Notes: generated by a model from the sequence alone, not told the origin. A stretch of DNA of 64,000 nucleotides from Deferrisomatales bacterium (GCA_033551855.1 JAWSUI010000005.1:60380-124379); one strand, 5' to 3'; positions 36,935 to 48,616 are shown, numbered from the stretch's first letter. A program made the numbers and translations.

Positions 36935-38287
36935 TCACGGGAGATCGAACAGCCTTCGCGGGAGCTCGGGGTTCGAGGCAAAGTGCAGGTGCACGTAGCC
37001 TCCCAGCGTCCGCCCCAGGCAGTACCCCTCGTCCGGGAGCACCTCGCCCCGGGCGCTGCGGCACCGGAAGGCGCGGGGCACGGCCTCGGGCATGTCTTCC
37101 ACGCGGGAGTAATGGAACTCGTGCCCCCGGGCGCGCAGGCCCTCGAGCCGCGGGATGCCCCGCACCTCGATCTCCCGGTAGCCGAGCTGGAAGCGTCGGT
37201 CCTGCATCCGGGCCACCGCCGGAAAGACGCCCGCCATGGGGTGGCGGCTCCCTTCCAGGTCCACGAGGGCTTCGCACAGGACCATGAACCCCCCGCACTC
37301 GGCGTAAACGGGGGCCCCGCGGCGGTGGAGGGCGAGGACCCCCTCGCGAAAGGCCTGGTTTCGGGACAGGCGCTCGGCGTGGACCTCGGGATATCCACCA
37401 CCCAGATACAGGCCGTCCAAACCCTCCGGGACCCCGTCTCCCTCCACGGGCCGGAAGGTGACCATCTCGGCACCCGCGTCTTCCAGAAGACTCAGGTTCT
37501 CCCGGTAGTAGAAGCAGAACGCCGCATCCCGGGGAACGCCGATCCTCCGCCGCGGGACCCGGGGCGAAGATCTCGGGTCGGGAGGCTCGCCCTGCGGTGC
37601 GGGCCTCGCGGTGGCCCGGAGGAGGCGGTCCCGGTCCAGATGGTCCTCCGCGAGGCGGGCCAGGCCGGGGGCCAGCTCGGCCGAGAGCCCGGCGTCCTCC
37701 GGGGTCACCAGGCCCAGGTGGCGCTCGGGAAGCACGGCCGCGGCCTCACGGGGCACGACTCCGAAGGAACCCGGCAGCCCCCGGTCGGCGAGGGCCTCGT
37801 CCAGGATGCGGCAGTGGGACGGGCTGCCCACCCGGTTCCAGATGACCCCGGCCAGCCGGACCGCGGGGTCGTAGGTCGCAAACCCATGGACCAGGGCGGC
37901 GGCGCTGCGCGCCATGGAGCGGGCGTCGACCACGAGCACGACGGGGAGCCCGAGGAGCGCGGCCAGGTCGGCGCTGGACCCTTCCGGCCGCCGGCCGTCC
38001 ACGCCGTCGAAGAGGCCCATGACCCCCTCCACGAGGGAGACGTCGGCGTCCCGGGCAGCGGCCGAGTAGATGCGGCGGTTGGCTTCGGGGGGGATCATCC
38101 AGGTGTCGAGGTTGTGGGACGTGCGGCCGGCCAGGAGGGAGTGGTGGGCGGGATCGATGTAGTCGGGACCGGCCTTGAAGGGCTGTACCCGGAGCCCCCG
38201 GGCCCGAAACGCCGCGATGAGGGAGAGGGTGACCGTGGTCTTGCCCGCCCCGGAGTGGGGTGCGGCCAGGAGGAAGGCGCTCGCCAT
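36935..38287 (-). CDS. cbiA: Cobyrinate a,c-diamide synthase (CbiA/CobB family)
   Basis: SGAGKTT, FKAGPDYIDP, EGVMGLFDG, ERHLGL, YAECGG, GHEFHY, YVHLHF. Confidence 0.93.
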   Translation of the reverse strand: MASAFLLAAPHSGAGKTTVTLSLIAAFRARGLRVQPFKAGPDYIDPAHHSLLAGRTSHNLDTWMIPPEANRRIYSAAARDADVSLVEGVMGLFDGVDGRRPEGSSADLAALLGLPVVLVVDARSMARSAAALVHGFATYDPAVRLAGVIWNRVGSPSHCRILDEALADRGLPGSFGVVPREAAAVLPERHLGLVTPEDAGLSAELAPGLARLAEDHLDRDRLLRATARPAPQGEPPDPRSSPRVPRRRIGVPRDAAFCFYYRENLSLLEDAGAEMVTFRPVEGDGVPEGLDGLYLGGGYPEVHAERLSRNQAFREGVLALHRRGAPVYAECGGFMVLCEALVDLEGSRHPMAGVFPAVARMQDRRFQLGYREIEVRGIPRLEGLRARGHEFHYSRVEDMPEAVPRAFRCRSARGEVLPDEGYCLGRTLGGYVHLHFASNPELPRRLFDLP

Positions 38288-38292
38288 CACGC

Positions 38293-38565
38293 TTAGCGGA
38301 TCGTGAAGGACCCCTCGCCCCGAGGCTCCTCCCAGATGACGTCGCAGTGGGCGACCCGGGCCTCCGGGGGCCCGGTGCGGCACCAGGCCACGGCCTCCTC
38401 CACGAGGCCCCGTTCCCCCTCGAAGACCGCCTCGACCCCCCCGTCGGGGAGGTTTCGAACCCAGCCCCGGAGGCCGAGCCGCCGCGCCACGTCCCGCGTG
38501 GAGGCGCGGAAGAAGACCCCCTGCACCCGGCCGGAGACCAGGACGCGGGCCCGGGCGGGGCTCAC
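38293..38565 (-). CDS. acyP: Acylphosphatase
   Basis: VSGRVQGVFFR, GWVRNLPDGGVE. Confidence 0.93.
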   Translation of the reverse strand: MSPARARVLVSGRVQGVFFRASTRDVARRLGLRGWVRNLPDGGVEAVFEGERGLVEEAVAWCRTGPPEARVAHCDVIWEEPRGEGSFTIR

Positions 38566-38804
38566 GGGGCGCCCTCCCCCCAGCCCTCCACCACCAGGGG
38601 GATCTCCCGCGCGAGGGAAGCGAGGACCTCCTCCAGCTCGTCGCGCCGGTCCGCGCTGCTCCGGAGCTCGACGAGCCCTCCTCCCGCCGGCACCGTGGTG
38701 GCCACGCAGAGCCCCTCGTAGGCCTCCAGGGTGTAGCGCAGGTACACCAGGTCCTTCCGGGGGGCCCGGCAGAGGGCCCAGAGCTCTCCTGGGGGCTGGG
38801 ACAT
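38562..38804 (-). CDS. Small conserved protein (DUF4911-like)
   Basis: YLRYTLEAYEGLCVATT motif; overlaps the acylphosphatase start. Confidence 0.65.
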   Translation of the reverse strand: MSQPPGELWALCRAPRKDLVYLRYTLEAYEGLCVATTVPAGGGLVELRSSADRRDELEEVLASLAREIPLVVEGWGEGAP

Positions 38805-38840
38805 GGCGCCTCCTGGGGTGCGGGAGAGATCTTCTCTCCT

Positions 38841-39051
38841 AAGTACTACCGCGAAAGTTGCGTCAGAGTCGGGCGCGGGGCCTTCCCGGAGAACGGGCAG
38901 GCGGCTTTGGAACGGGGCTCTGGGCGCACCGAAGGGCCGCAGGGCCGCTCGAAACCGTATCGGGAGTGCACTGCGCGCCCGGATCCTGCCCGCCGGAGGG
39001 AAGGCTTCGCGCCGAACGCACGCGGAGAACCTACCGCTCGGTGTAGAGCCA
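38841..39051 (+). mobile_element. MITE-like ~211-bp element, copy 3
   Basis: Aligns with 11386-11597 (e.g. gagtcgggcgcggggccttcc, gatcctgcccgccggaggg, ttcgcgccgaacgca). Confidence 0.8.
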
Positions 39052-39200
39052 GCGCACGGTACACGGGGTCGCGAGGCGCTCGGCGGCCGACAGGCGCCCT
39101 GCCTGCCTGGCTCTGCGGCTGTCAGCGAGCAGAGCCTCCGGGCCCGGACCGGCCCGGGGGGCCGTGCCCCGCCCGAGCGCCCCCGACGCGGCCCCGCCCC

Positions 39201-40220
39201 TCAGGGCCCCAAGGCCACCGGGCCGCCGAAGGCCTCCGCCGCCTCGGCCAGGAGCTCCGTCTCGCGCCCCCGGTACTTGGGGGAAAAGTGGAAGATGCGA
39301 AGCTCCCCGACCCCGGCCCGTCGGGCCAGCTCCCCCGCCTGGGCGGCCGTGAGGTGGTACCGCTCCCGAGCCCGGTCCTCCTCCCGGGAGAGGAAGGCCG
39401 CCTCGCAGTAGAGCGCGTGGGCCCCGCGGCACAGAGCCTCCGCGCGGCCCGCCCCGCGGGGCTCCCACAGGCAGTCGGCCACGTACGCCAGCTTCTGTCC
39501 CTCGCTCCGGAGCACCGCCCCGGCCTCCAGCAGCTCGCCCAGGGGGCGAGACGCCCCGCCCGGCAGGCAGACGAGCTCCCCGGGCCCGGCGTCCCGGAGC
39601 ACGGCCTCCTTCAGCCCCCGCACCCAGGGGCCCGGGGAGAGGCCGAGCCTTCCCAGGCCGTCCCGCGACACGTTCACGTGGACCGGCTCCTCGAGGGCGT
39701 ACGCCAGACACGGCACCTGGTGATCCAACTCCACAGCCAGCACCCGGAAGGCCGCCTCCCGGTGCACGACGCGGATCCCCGGGAGCTCCTCCTCCAGACA
39801 AACCTCCCCGACGTCCTCCCGCGGGAACCCTTTCCCGCAGGGGAACCTCCAGAGACGGCCCTGGGGCGCCGCCCACTCCAGCACCTCCAGCGTAAAAGAG
39901 GCCTCGTAGGATCCGACCAGGTTCCAGGTGTAGCCCCGAAGCTTCCCCTCGGCCCGGTCCGCGATGCCCGAGGGGCCCACTACGCGGAAGGTCCGGTCCC
40001 GGCCGAGGCTGTAGCGCACGACGGTGTCCAGACCACAGAAGTGATCCATGTGGGTGTGGGTCACGAAGCCGTGGGTGGCCCGGAGCACCGGTCGGGCCGG
40101 CAGCCCGTGGAGGTCCCCCAGGTCCATCAGCAGATTGCGGCCCATGGTGAGGAGCCGCACCAAGAGGACCGGATCCCCGAAGGGGCCGTTCACCAGGCGA
40201 GGGTGAAAGGTGGGCCGCAC
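39201..40220 (-). CDS. RNase Z-like metallo-beta-lactamase-fold hydrolase
   Basis: LVNGPFGDP, THTHMDHF, LDH, YVADC, YHLTAAQA, FHFSPKY. Confidence 0.85.
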   Translation of the reverse strand: MRPTFHPRLVNGPFGDPVLLVRLLTMGRNLLMDLGDLHGLPARPVLRATHGFVTHTHMDHFCGLDTVVRYSLGRDRTFRVVGPSGIADRAEGKLRGYTWNLVGSYEASFTLEVLEWAAPQGRLWRFPCGKGFPREDVGEVCLEEELPGIRVVHREAAFRVLAVELDHQVPCLAYALEEPVHVNVSRDGLGRLGLSPGPWVRGLKEAVLRDAGPGELVCLPGGASRPLGELLEAGAVLRSEGQKLAYVADCLWEPRGAGRAEALCRGAHALYCEAAFLSREEDRARERYHLTAAQAGELARRAGVGELRIFHFSPKYRGRETELLAEAAEAFGGPVALGP

Positions 40221-40249
40221 GAAACCCCTCCGCCCCCGCCCTCACGGCT

Positions 40250-41245
40250 TCACGGCGTGTCGATCCGGCGCGGCGCCACCTCCACGTCGAAGGGTAGGGT
40301 GTACAAGGTCTCCCCCCGCTGGAACTGTGTGTAGATCCGGTAGCGCCCCGGCTCTTCGAACGTGTGTTCGAAATAGATCTTCGGCCCCCCGTAGTTCGGC
40401 ACCGGCTGCAGGCCCGCGAAGGGGGCGAACTCCGGCCCCCCCCCGTGGTTGTGGGAAGACGCCGTCGCACCCTGGCGGAAGATCGCCAGATGAGCCAGAG
40501 CCCCCAGGTACGGCCTCAGGTCGGTCACGGGTTCGCCGTCAACGGCCAACTCCAGGGTTCCGACGGCCATTCTTCCGGCTTCTAGTTGCCAAGGGGTGGT
40601 CAGCAGGCGCGCCTCCAGGCCGTCCTGGGCGCGCACGGGCCCCCTGCGCCACACCGTGGGACCCTGGGGCGGGCCCTGGACCGAGAGCTCCAGGTCCTTG
40701 TGGATCCCCATCATCCCATCCACCGCATCCAGGGCAAGCAGGTAGCGCCCCCCGCTTCCGAAGACAACCGGAAACGAGAATCGACCCTCATGGAGGGCGT
40801 GCTCGGTCAGAAGCCCGGCGTCCTCGGCGTGCAGGTGATGAAACTCCTCCAGGTTCTCGCTGACGATCAGGAAGTGCGCCAGGCGCTCGTGGTGGACCTG
40901 CAGGGTCGGCACCGGCTGCCCGCCGGCGGTGAGGATGTAGACGTGCACCAGGGTCTCCGCGCCGGCGACCGGCGGGGAGGGCTCGGTCTCCACGCGGAAT
41001 CCGTAGTTGCGGGCGACCCGGGACGGGCTCATGTACGGCAGGTGAAGGTGCATGGCGGGATCCATCCCCTCCATACCCGCCATCCCCTGCATGCCCTGCA
41101 TGGACCCCATGCCCGGCATCCTCGAGTGATCCATCTGCGACATGTCCATCCCTCGATGGTCCGGCATCTCCCTTTGTGTACCCGCGCACCCGAGGCTCAC
41201 GGCAAGCGCTCCGAGGGCGAGTGCCGCCATCATCGTCGTCTTCAT
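40250..41245 (-). CDS. Putative His/Met-rich metal-binding lipoprotein
   Basis: Lipobox-like SLGC; MDMSQMDHSRMPGMGSMQGMQGMAGMEGM; HERLAH, FHHLH, PYLGALAH, HNH. Confidence 0.65.
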   Translation of the reverse strand: MKTTMMAALALGALAVSLGCAGTQREMPDHRGMDMSQMDHSRMPGMGSMQGMQGMAGMEGMDPAMHLHLPYMSPSRVARNYGFRVETEPSPPVAGAETLVHVYILTAGGQPVPTLQVHHERLAHFLIVSENLEEFHHLHAEDAGLLTEHALHEGRFSFPVVFGSGGRYLLALDAVDGMMGIHKDLELSVQGPPQGPTVWRRGPVRAQDGLEARLLTTPWQLEAGRMAVGTLELAVDGEPVTDLRPYLGALAHLAIFRQGATASSHNHGGGPEFAPFAGLQPVPNYGGPKIYFEHTFEEPGRYRIYTQFQRGETLYTLPFDVEVAPRRIDTP

Positions 41246-41281
41246 GGCATCGCTCCTTTCACGGTTTGCTCCGGCCACAAC

Positions 41282-42052
41282 CTAGCCTCCGCGGAACCCA
41301 TCCGCAAGCTCGCGGACGCTCGGTCTCGGACGCTCGGCCTCGACTCGTGCACGGGCCAGGGGTGGAAACTTCTCGAGGATCGTGAGCCGGACCCCGGCCA
41401 TGCCGGCCGACTCCAGCTCGGCCTTCCAACCGGCCACGTCGGGGGCCCCCGCGAGGCACCACGCCCAGGCCTCGGGCAGTGCCCGCACCTCCGGCGGCAG
41501 GGGAGCGAGGGCCACGAGGTCCGCCGCCAGCAGCCGACCGCCGGGCGCCAGGGCCCGGCGGACCTCGCCCCACAGGGCGGCCCGGTCCTCTACCATGTTC
41601 GCGACGCCGTTGAGGAGAACCCAGTCAGCCGACCCAGCCCGGACCGGGAGGTGGGGCAGCTCCACCCGCAAGGCCGCGAGGTGGGCCCCCAGGTCTCGCC
41701 CCCCCGCCCCGCGGGCCCTCGACAGGCGTGCCAGCATGGCCGCCGAGGCGTCCCCGGCCACGACCCGGTAGCCCTCCCGGGCCAGGAGCCAGGCGTCCAG
41801 GCCTGCCCCGCACCCCAGGTCCAACACGAGATCCCCGGGGCTGCCGGAGACCAGCGGGGCCAGCGCATCGGCCCCCACGAAGGACTCCAGAATCCCCGGC
41901 GGAGCCCGTTGCAGAGCCTCCTCCGGGTACCCGAGCTCCCGGGCCAGAGCCGCCCCGGTGGGGCAGACCAGCCCGGAAGGGGGCCGAGAACCGTGGGCAC
42001 CCACGGCGTCGTAGACCTGGGCGGTGACAGCGCGGTGGGTACGGGGGTCCAT
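41282..42052 (-). CDS. SAM-dependent methyltransferase, arsenite methyltransferase-like
   Basis: ELGYP...ESFVG, VLDLGCGAGLD, LLNGVAN, WAWCLAGA. Confidence 0.7.
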   Translation of the reverse strand: MDPRTHRAVTAQVYDAVGAHGSRPPSGLVCPTGAALARELGYPEEALQRAPPGILESFVGADALAPLVSGSPGDLVLDLGCGAGLDAWLLAREGYRVVAGDASAAMLARLSRARGAGGRDLGAHLAALRVELPHLPVRAGSADWVLLNGVANMVEDRAALWGEVRRALAPGGRLLAADLVALAPLPPEVRALPEAWAWCLAGAPDVAGWKAELESAGMAGVRLTILEKFPPLARARVEAERPRPSVRELADGFRGG

Positions 42053-42197
42053 GAATGCTCCGGAGCGGGGTCGTCGCGGAGGCCGTCCCGCCGCTCCGAC
42101 CCCTGTGGCCCCCTCGGCGGTTTTTCGGTTGGAGGAAGGCCTGCGGCCCTCTAGAATGCCCACTCTATCATGAAGCCCCTACCCGCGAGCGCCAACG

Positions 42198-42833
42198 ATG
42201 GGAAACACCGACCCCGAGACCAACCCCCTGTATGCCCGGGCAGAGGACCTCCACCCCTCGCACTGGAAACGCCTTGGCCGCAGGCCCCCCGCGGAGGCAG
42301 CCCAGGCGGCCGGGGCCGAATGGGACGGGGAAAGCTTCAGCCTGCCCCTGCTGGGGCACCGGCTCCGGGTGTTCCCCGCCCGGCGCATTGTGGCCTGGCA
42401 GGGGGAGGCGGAGCGCCCGGTCGGATACCAGCGGGCCCTCGTAGCCGTGGCCTATCTTGCCGGCGCGGTCGAAGCCCCCGTCAAGGGGGACTGGGTGGCC
42501 TTTCGGGAGCTCCCCGGGGGGGAGGCGTTCTTCCGGGGACCCCACAGCCTGGCGACCCCAAAGCTGGAGCAGGCCTTCGGGGCCCGTCCCGGGGAGCTCG
42601 TCAGCGCGGCCGAGGCCCTGGGCGGCGCGCCCGCCCCCGGGGCGGACAAAGCGGCCGACATCCCTGCCCTGCCCCGCATCCCGCTGCGGGCGCTCCTCTG
42701 GGCTGCCGACCCGGAGTTCCCCGCCTCCGCCGCCCTCCTCGTGGACGCCCGGGCCCACCTGCACCTGGCCCTGGACGTCTTGTGGGCGCTCTCGAATCTG
42801 GCCATCGCCGACCTCGTGAGACATCGCCGGTGA
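42198..42833 (+). CDS. DUF3786-like protein
   Basis: WVAFRELPGGEAFF, ALPRIPL...WAADPEFPASAALLVD. Confidence 0.75.
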   Translation: MGNTDPETNPLYARAEDLHPSHWKRLGRRPPAEAAQAAGAEWDGESFSLPLLGHRLRVFPARRIVAWQGEAERPVGYQRALVAVAYLAGAVEAPVKGDWVAFRELPGGEAFFRGPHSLATPKLEQAFGARPGELVSAAEALGGAPAPGADKAADIPALPRIPLRALLWAADPEFPASAALLVDARAHLHLALDVLWALSNLAIADLVRHRR

Positions 42834-43669
42834 CGCCCACGCCGCTCTCGCCGACCGAGCCCCGAGGCCCTTGGCCACGCCGGCCCTTCCTTCTCCTCGC
42901 GGCGGCACTGGGGATGCTCCTGCCGGGCACCACCCCGTTGCGGGCCGAGTGGCCCTACCTGACCGAGGAGGCGTCCACCCTGGCCCCGGGCCGGTACTCC
43001 CTCTCGGCGGGAGTCGGCCGGACGGTGCAGCAGCGGGCAGCACGCGAAGCCGGGGTCCTGCTCTCGCCCCGAGAGGGAACGCTCTGGGCCCTGCCGGAGC
43101 TCGAGGGGACCCTGGGGGTGGGTCGGCGGGCCGAGGTCTCGATCCATTACCAGGCGCTGTACTTCGAGCCTGAGGGGAGCGGCGGTTCCCGCTACGGGTC
43201 CGGCGATCTCCGGCTGTGGACCAAGCTGGGCGTTGTAGCCGGCGAGACACACGGCGGGGCGCTGCGCTTCGGGTTCAAGGTGCCCTCGGCGTCCGACGCG
43301 GACGGTCTGGGCACGGACGAGGCGGACGTCTACCTCCAGGCCCTATGGGACGTCGCCCTCGGGCCCGCGCTGCTCAGCGCCAACGGCGGGCTGGCGATTC
43401 TAGGGGACCCCGCCAGGAACAGAAGTCAGGACGACGTTCTCACCTGGGGCGCCGCCCTGCGGGGTCCGCTCTGGCGGGGGCTTCGGGGGGGGGGCGAGGC
43501 CGCGGGGCAGTCGGGGCCCTTTGGCGTAGGCCGGAAGAGGGACTTCTTCACCCTCGGCGCGGTGCTGGGCTGGCACGCCCCGGGTTGGCGCATCGACCTG
43601 GCCGGGCGCCGGGGCCTGGGGGACGCCAGGAACTGGGGCTGGTTGGCAGGGTTCACCCATGAGAGATAG
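42830..43669 (+). CDS. Putative exported / outer-membrane beta-barrel protein
   Basis: Signal peptide; amphipathic beta pattern with GSGDLRL, DGLGTDE; GTGA overlap with the upstream gene. Confidence 0.55.
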   Translation: MTPTPLSPTEPRGPWPRRPFLLLAAALGMLLPGTTPLRAEWPYLTEEASTLAPGRYSLSAGVGRTVQQRAAREAGVLLSPREGTLWALPELEGTLGVGRRAEVSIHYQALYFEPEGSGGSRYGSGDLRLWTKLGVVAGETHGGALRFGFKVPSASDADGLGTDEADVYLQALWDVALGPALLSANGGLAILGDPARNRSQDDVLTWGAALRGPLWRGLRGGGEAAGQSGPFGVGRKRDFFTLGAVLGWHAPGWRIDLAGRRGLGDARNWGWLAGFTHER

Positions 43670-44111
43670 GGTCTTCTCCCTGGGAGCCGACCGGGCGGCC
43701 TTCCTGGCGCGGGACTTCGTCCGGGGTTTTCCCGCCCACTGCGGCTTCGAGGTGGAGCGGGTGGCGGAAGGGGTGTTCGACACCCGCGTGCTGGTGCGGG
43801 CCGAGCACCGGCAGCAGGACGGCTTCGTTCACGCCGGGGTGCTGGCCACCCTGGCGGATCACAGCGCGGGCTACGCGGCCTACACCCTCGTCCCCGAGGA
43901 CCGGCGCATCCTCACCATCGAATTCAAGATCAACTTTCTCAAGCCCGCGGTGGGCGACGAGGTCCGGTGCCGGTCGCGGGTGCTCAGCGCCGGCCGCACG
44001 GTGCTCGTAGCCGAGTCCGAGGTCTTCGCGGTCTCGGGAGGTGCGGAGCGGCTCACCGCGAAGGCAACGGTGACCCTCATGGCCGTACCCGTGCCCGATC
44101 TGCAGCGCTGA
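43659..44111 (+). CDS. PaaI-family thioesterase
   Basis: QQDGFVHAGVLATLADH, TIEFKINFLKPA. Confidence 0.9.
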   Translation: MRDRVFSLGADRAAFLARDFVRGFPAHCGFEVERVAEGVFDTRVLVRAEHRQQDGFVHAGVLATLADHSAGYAAYTLVPEDRRILTIEFKINFLKPAVGDEVRCRSRVLSAGRTVLVAESEVFAVSGGAERLTAKATVTLMAVPVPDLQR

Positions 44112-44505
44112 GCACCGGGGACGGAGCCGGTGCGGGCGGGCTCGGGGCCGCCGGCCGTTCGCCCGCCCACCGCGCCCGGCGCCCCCGGGCGACGCCCCGC
44201 ATCCCCCCCTTTCCGCGCCCCAAAAGGGGCAAGGGGCTCCTCCCCCTCCGTCGCGTTTCCCTTCCTGAACCGTGCGCCGTCTCCTCGACTCTGCGGGTCC
44301 TGTCCCACGTTCTCGAGCGCAGCGCCCCTCTGTTACCGCACCGTTACAGCGCCGCGACGATCCCGGGACGAGCGCCGGCGGCTCGGGGGAAAGTGGCGCC
44401 TCGGGAGCCTTGGTGTAAGGTGGTGTCGGACGCCGCCCTGCGGGGTCCTTCGGCCCGGCGCCGGGGCCTCGGGGGCACCCCCTCTCCCCTCTCGGAGGAA
44501 CGACG

Positions 44506-45936
<1,431 letters not shown>

Positions 45937-45955
45937 GCGGGGGGCTCAGCGCCGG

Positions 45956-46351
45956 TCAGAGCCCCTCGGCCGCGGCAGCGCGTCCAAGGGTTCGGTCATA
46001 GCTCAACAGGGTGATTTCCGGAAGGCGGCGCCGGAGGGTAAGCGCGGTCGCCAAGTACCAGAGATCGGCGCCGCGCAGGCGGTGCCTGGCCGCGAGGCTG
46101 GGGAACAAGGCGCGGTCGGGGCCGATCTCGACGGAGCTCCACGGCCCCGCGGAAAGGGACTGCCGGGCCTGGTCCAGAGGCTCGCCCGAGCCCGCCGCCC
46201 GCGCGATGCGCGAGAGCACGGCGTGGACCTCTGCAAACGCCAGGGACGATACCAGGTGATAGCCTTCCTCGGAAAGTCGGGCCAGGGCATCCCGGGTGTG
46301 GACATCCTGCACGAGACAGGAGAGGATCGCCGAAGCGTCCCAGTAGATCAC
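45956..46351 (-). CDS. VapC-family PIN toxin
   Basis: IYWDASA, E in SLAFAEV, LRGADL, SYDRTL...AAAEGL; follows a Phd-type antitoxin. Confidence 0.85.
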   Translation of the reverse strand: MIYWDASAILSCLVQDVHTRDALARLSEEGYHLVSSLAFAEVHAVLSRIARAAGSGEPLDQARQSLSAGPWSSVEIGPDRALFPSLAARHRLRGADLWYLATALTLRRRLPEITLLSYDRTLGRAAAAEGL

Positions 46352-46364
46352 GGGACAGCCCGCA

Positions 46365-46652
46365 TCACCGGGCATCGCGATCCTCGCGCAGGGTACGTTG
46401 GGCGATTCCTTCGTCTGCGAAGACCACGGGGCGGACGGCCCCGGCCGACCCAAGGCGATTTTCCACCACCCAACCGACCTCCTCCAACTCGCGGATGCGG
46501 TCGGGCAGACTGGACGCCTCCGCCGGCATCGGCACCAGACGTGCCACGGGGAGCCCCCGGTCCGTGATGGTGATCACCTCACCCCGACGCACGCGGCCCA
46601 GCAATGCACTCAAGTGGGCCTTCGCTTCCCGCACTCCCACCACTCCCGGCAT
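46365..46652 (-). CDS. Phd/YefM-family antitoxin
   Basis: VGVREAKAHLSALLGRVRRGEVITITDRGLPVARLVP. Confidence 0.88.
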   Translation of the reverse strand: MPGVVGVREAKAHLSALLGRVRRGEVITITDRGLPVARLVPMPAEASSLPDRIRELEEVGWVVENRLGSAGAVRPVVFADEGIAQRTLREDRDAR

Positions 46653-46753
46653 GAGCCTCTCCTTCCCGAGAAGGGACGTGACCACGTAGTCTCTCGGCTC
46701 GGTTCCCGCAACCTCATGCCGGGGCCGCCGGGCTGGACGGGCTGGACGGGCCT

Positions 46754-47530
46754 TCAGCCTTGCGCGAGGGCCCGCTCGACGGCAGGGGGAAAGAGCGCGG
46801 ACACGTCGCCTTCCAGGCGCAGGGTGACGACCGACAGGCCGTCGTGGTCGGTCACGCCGCGGTTCACGATCGCGTACGGCACGCGGCGGCGGGCGGCGAG
46901 GAGGGGGAACCCGGCGGCCGGGTGGACCGAGAGGGTCGAGCCCAGGGAGATTACCAGGTCGCAACCGGCCGCGGCCCGGGCGGCCCGCTCCAGGTCCTCG
47001 GCGCGCAGGGCCTGGCCGAAGCTGATGGTGGCGGGCTTGAGGAACCCGCCGCAGGTGCATCGTGGGGCCCGCCCGCTCGCCGTGAAGGCGGCGTACGTCT
47101 CATCGAGAGGCGCCTCCTCCCCGCAGGTGAGGCACGTCACCCGCGAGTCGGTGCCGTGGAGCTCCACCAGGCGATCCCGGGACGTCCCGGCCCGCTCGTG
47201 GAGGCCGTCGACGTTCTGGGTGACCACGGCCTCCAAGCGCCCGGCCTCCTCGAGGCGGGCGCAGGCCCGGTGGGTGGCGTTGGGCACGGCCCCGCGGATC
47301 CGGGGAAGGCTCTCCCGTTTCCACTCCCAGTACGCAACCCGAGCGGTCTCGGACCGCAGGAACTCGTCGAGCTCCACCGGCCGCCGGGTCTTCCACACCC
47401 CGTCGGGGCCCCGAAAGTCGGGGATCCCGCTCCCGGTGGAGACTCCCGCACCGGTGAACACCATCACGCGTTGCGCCCTCGCCAGCAGTGCGACGAGGCG
47501 GGGGTCCGGGGTCCGACTCTCCATCTGCAT
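46754..47530 (-). CDS. Sir2/CobB-family NAD-dependent protein deacylase
   Basis: TGAGVSTGSGIPDFRG, TQNVDGLH, ELHG, CxxC/CxC Zn site, GSTL. Confidence 0.93.
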   Translation of the reverse strand: MQMESRTPDPRLVALLARAQRVMVFTGAGVSTGSGIPDFRGPDGVWKTRRPVELDEFLRSETARVAYWEWKRESLPRIRGAVPNATHRACARLEEAGRLEAVVTQNVDGLHERAGTSRDRLVELHGTDSRVTCLTCGEEAPLDETYAAFTASGRAPRCTCGGFLKPATISFGQALRAEDLERAARAAAGCDLVISLGSTLSVHPAAGFPLLAARRRVPYAIVNRGVTDHDGLSVVTLRLEGDVSALFPPAVERALAQG

Positions 47531-47732
47531 CCTCCACGCTCCAGGGCAGGTATTGCATTCCAGCAGACGCTGGCGCCCCCCGCAAGTCGGAGCCCGCCGT
47601 CTCCTCGAAACGACCGGCGGATTAGCGTGGGCGACATCCCTCGAGGCGTTCCTCGTGGAGAAGGATGCGTTGTCACGGCGGGGGGCGGGTGTTAGAGTTT
47701 CGGCAACGAAACCCCTTCCCCTGGGAGCGCCC

Positions 47733-48161
47733 GTGACGAACCTCTCCAATCGGTTGGGCGAGCTCTCGGGCCGTTACGGCCTGGCGAACCTCTACGCCTT
47801 CGGGAGCCGAAGCGGGGAGCTTGCAGCTCGGGTTCGGGGAGACGCCCCGACGCCCGCGAACGAGAAGTCCGACGCCGATTTCGGCGCGGAGCCGCGACGG
47901 GGAGTGCGCCTTTCGCCGCGAGACCGCGTGCGGCTCACCGCCGAGCTCGAAGATCTATTCCAGGTGCCGCGGGTGGACCTGGTGGTGCTGCCGGAGGCGC
48001 CCCCCTTTCTCGCCCTGGAGATCGTGCGGGGAGAGCTCCTCTACTGCGAGGATCCCGACCAGCAGGCCGAATCCGAGCTCTATGTGCTGCGCCGGGCCGC
48101 GGACCTTGCCCCCTTCGAGCGGGAGCGCCGCCGGCTGATCTTGGAGGAGGGGGGGAGGTGA
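47733..48161 (+). CDS. MNT minimal nucleotidyltransferase antitoxin (type VII TA)
   Basis: LYAFGS...SDAD, VDLVVL, EIVRGELLY. Confidence 0.85.
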   Translation: MTNLSNRLGELSGRYGLANLYAFGSRSGELAARVRGDAPTPANEKSDADFGAEPRRGVRLSPRDRVRLTAELEDLFQVPRVDLVVLPEAPPFLALEIVRGELLYCEDPDQQAESELYVLRRAADLAPFERERRRLILEEGGR

Positions 48162-48616
48162 CGGCCTCCCAGCTCCGCTCCTGCATCGTGGCCGAGAGGA
48201 CCGCGTGGGTTCGCGAGATGCTCCAAGGGATTCGCGCCCTTCCCCTGGACACATTCGAGGCGTTCCCAGCCGACCCCCGAAACGCCCCGGCCGCCGAATC
48301 CCACCTGCGCCGAGCGCTGGAAGCCCTGCTGGACCTGGGCCGCCACGTGCTCGCCAAGGGCTTCGGCATCGGCGTCGATGAGTACAAGGAGATTGCGGCA
48401 GCCCTCTCCCGGGAGGGTGTCCTCTCGGCGGAGGAGGGGCAGCTCCTCAGGCAGCTCGCGGGCTACCGAAACCGGACGGTCCACTTCTACCACGAGGTCT
48501 CCCGCAGAGAGCTCTATGAGATCTGCACCTCGGAGCCGCGAGACATCGACCGGGTGCTCGATTCCCTCCTCGCTTGGCTGCGCGCCCACCCCGAGCTCCT
48601 CGACCGCGCACCCTGA
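48158..48616 (+). CDS. HEPN (DUF86/HepT-like) ribonuclease toxin
   Basis: RX4HXY motif in GYRNRTVHFY; GTGA overlap with the MNT gene. Confidence 0.88.
   Translation: MTASQLRSCIVAERTAWVREMLQGIRALPLDTFEAFPADPRNAPAAESHLRRALEALLDLGRHVLAKGFGIGVDEYKEIAAALSREGVLSAEEGQLLRQLAGYRNRTVHFYHEVSRRELYEICTSEPRDIDRVLDSLLAWLRAHPELLDRAP

Noticed and set aside
46754..47530. Sirtuin as an anti-phage NADase (Thoeris/DSR-type)
   Set aside because: It is a compact Zn-binding CobB-type deacylase with all housekeeping motifs; the acyl-CoA ligases in the window are plausible normal substrates.
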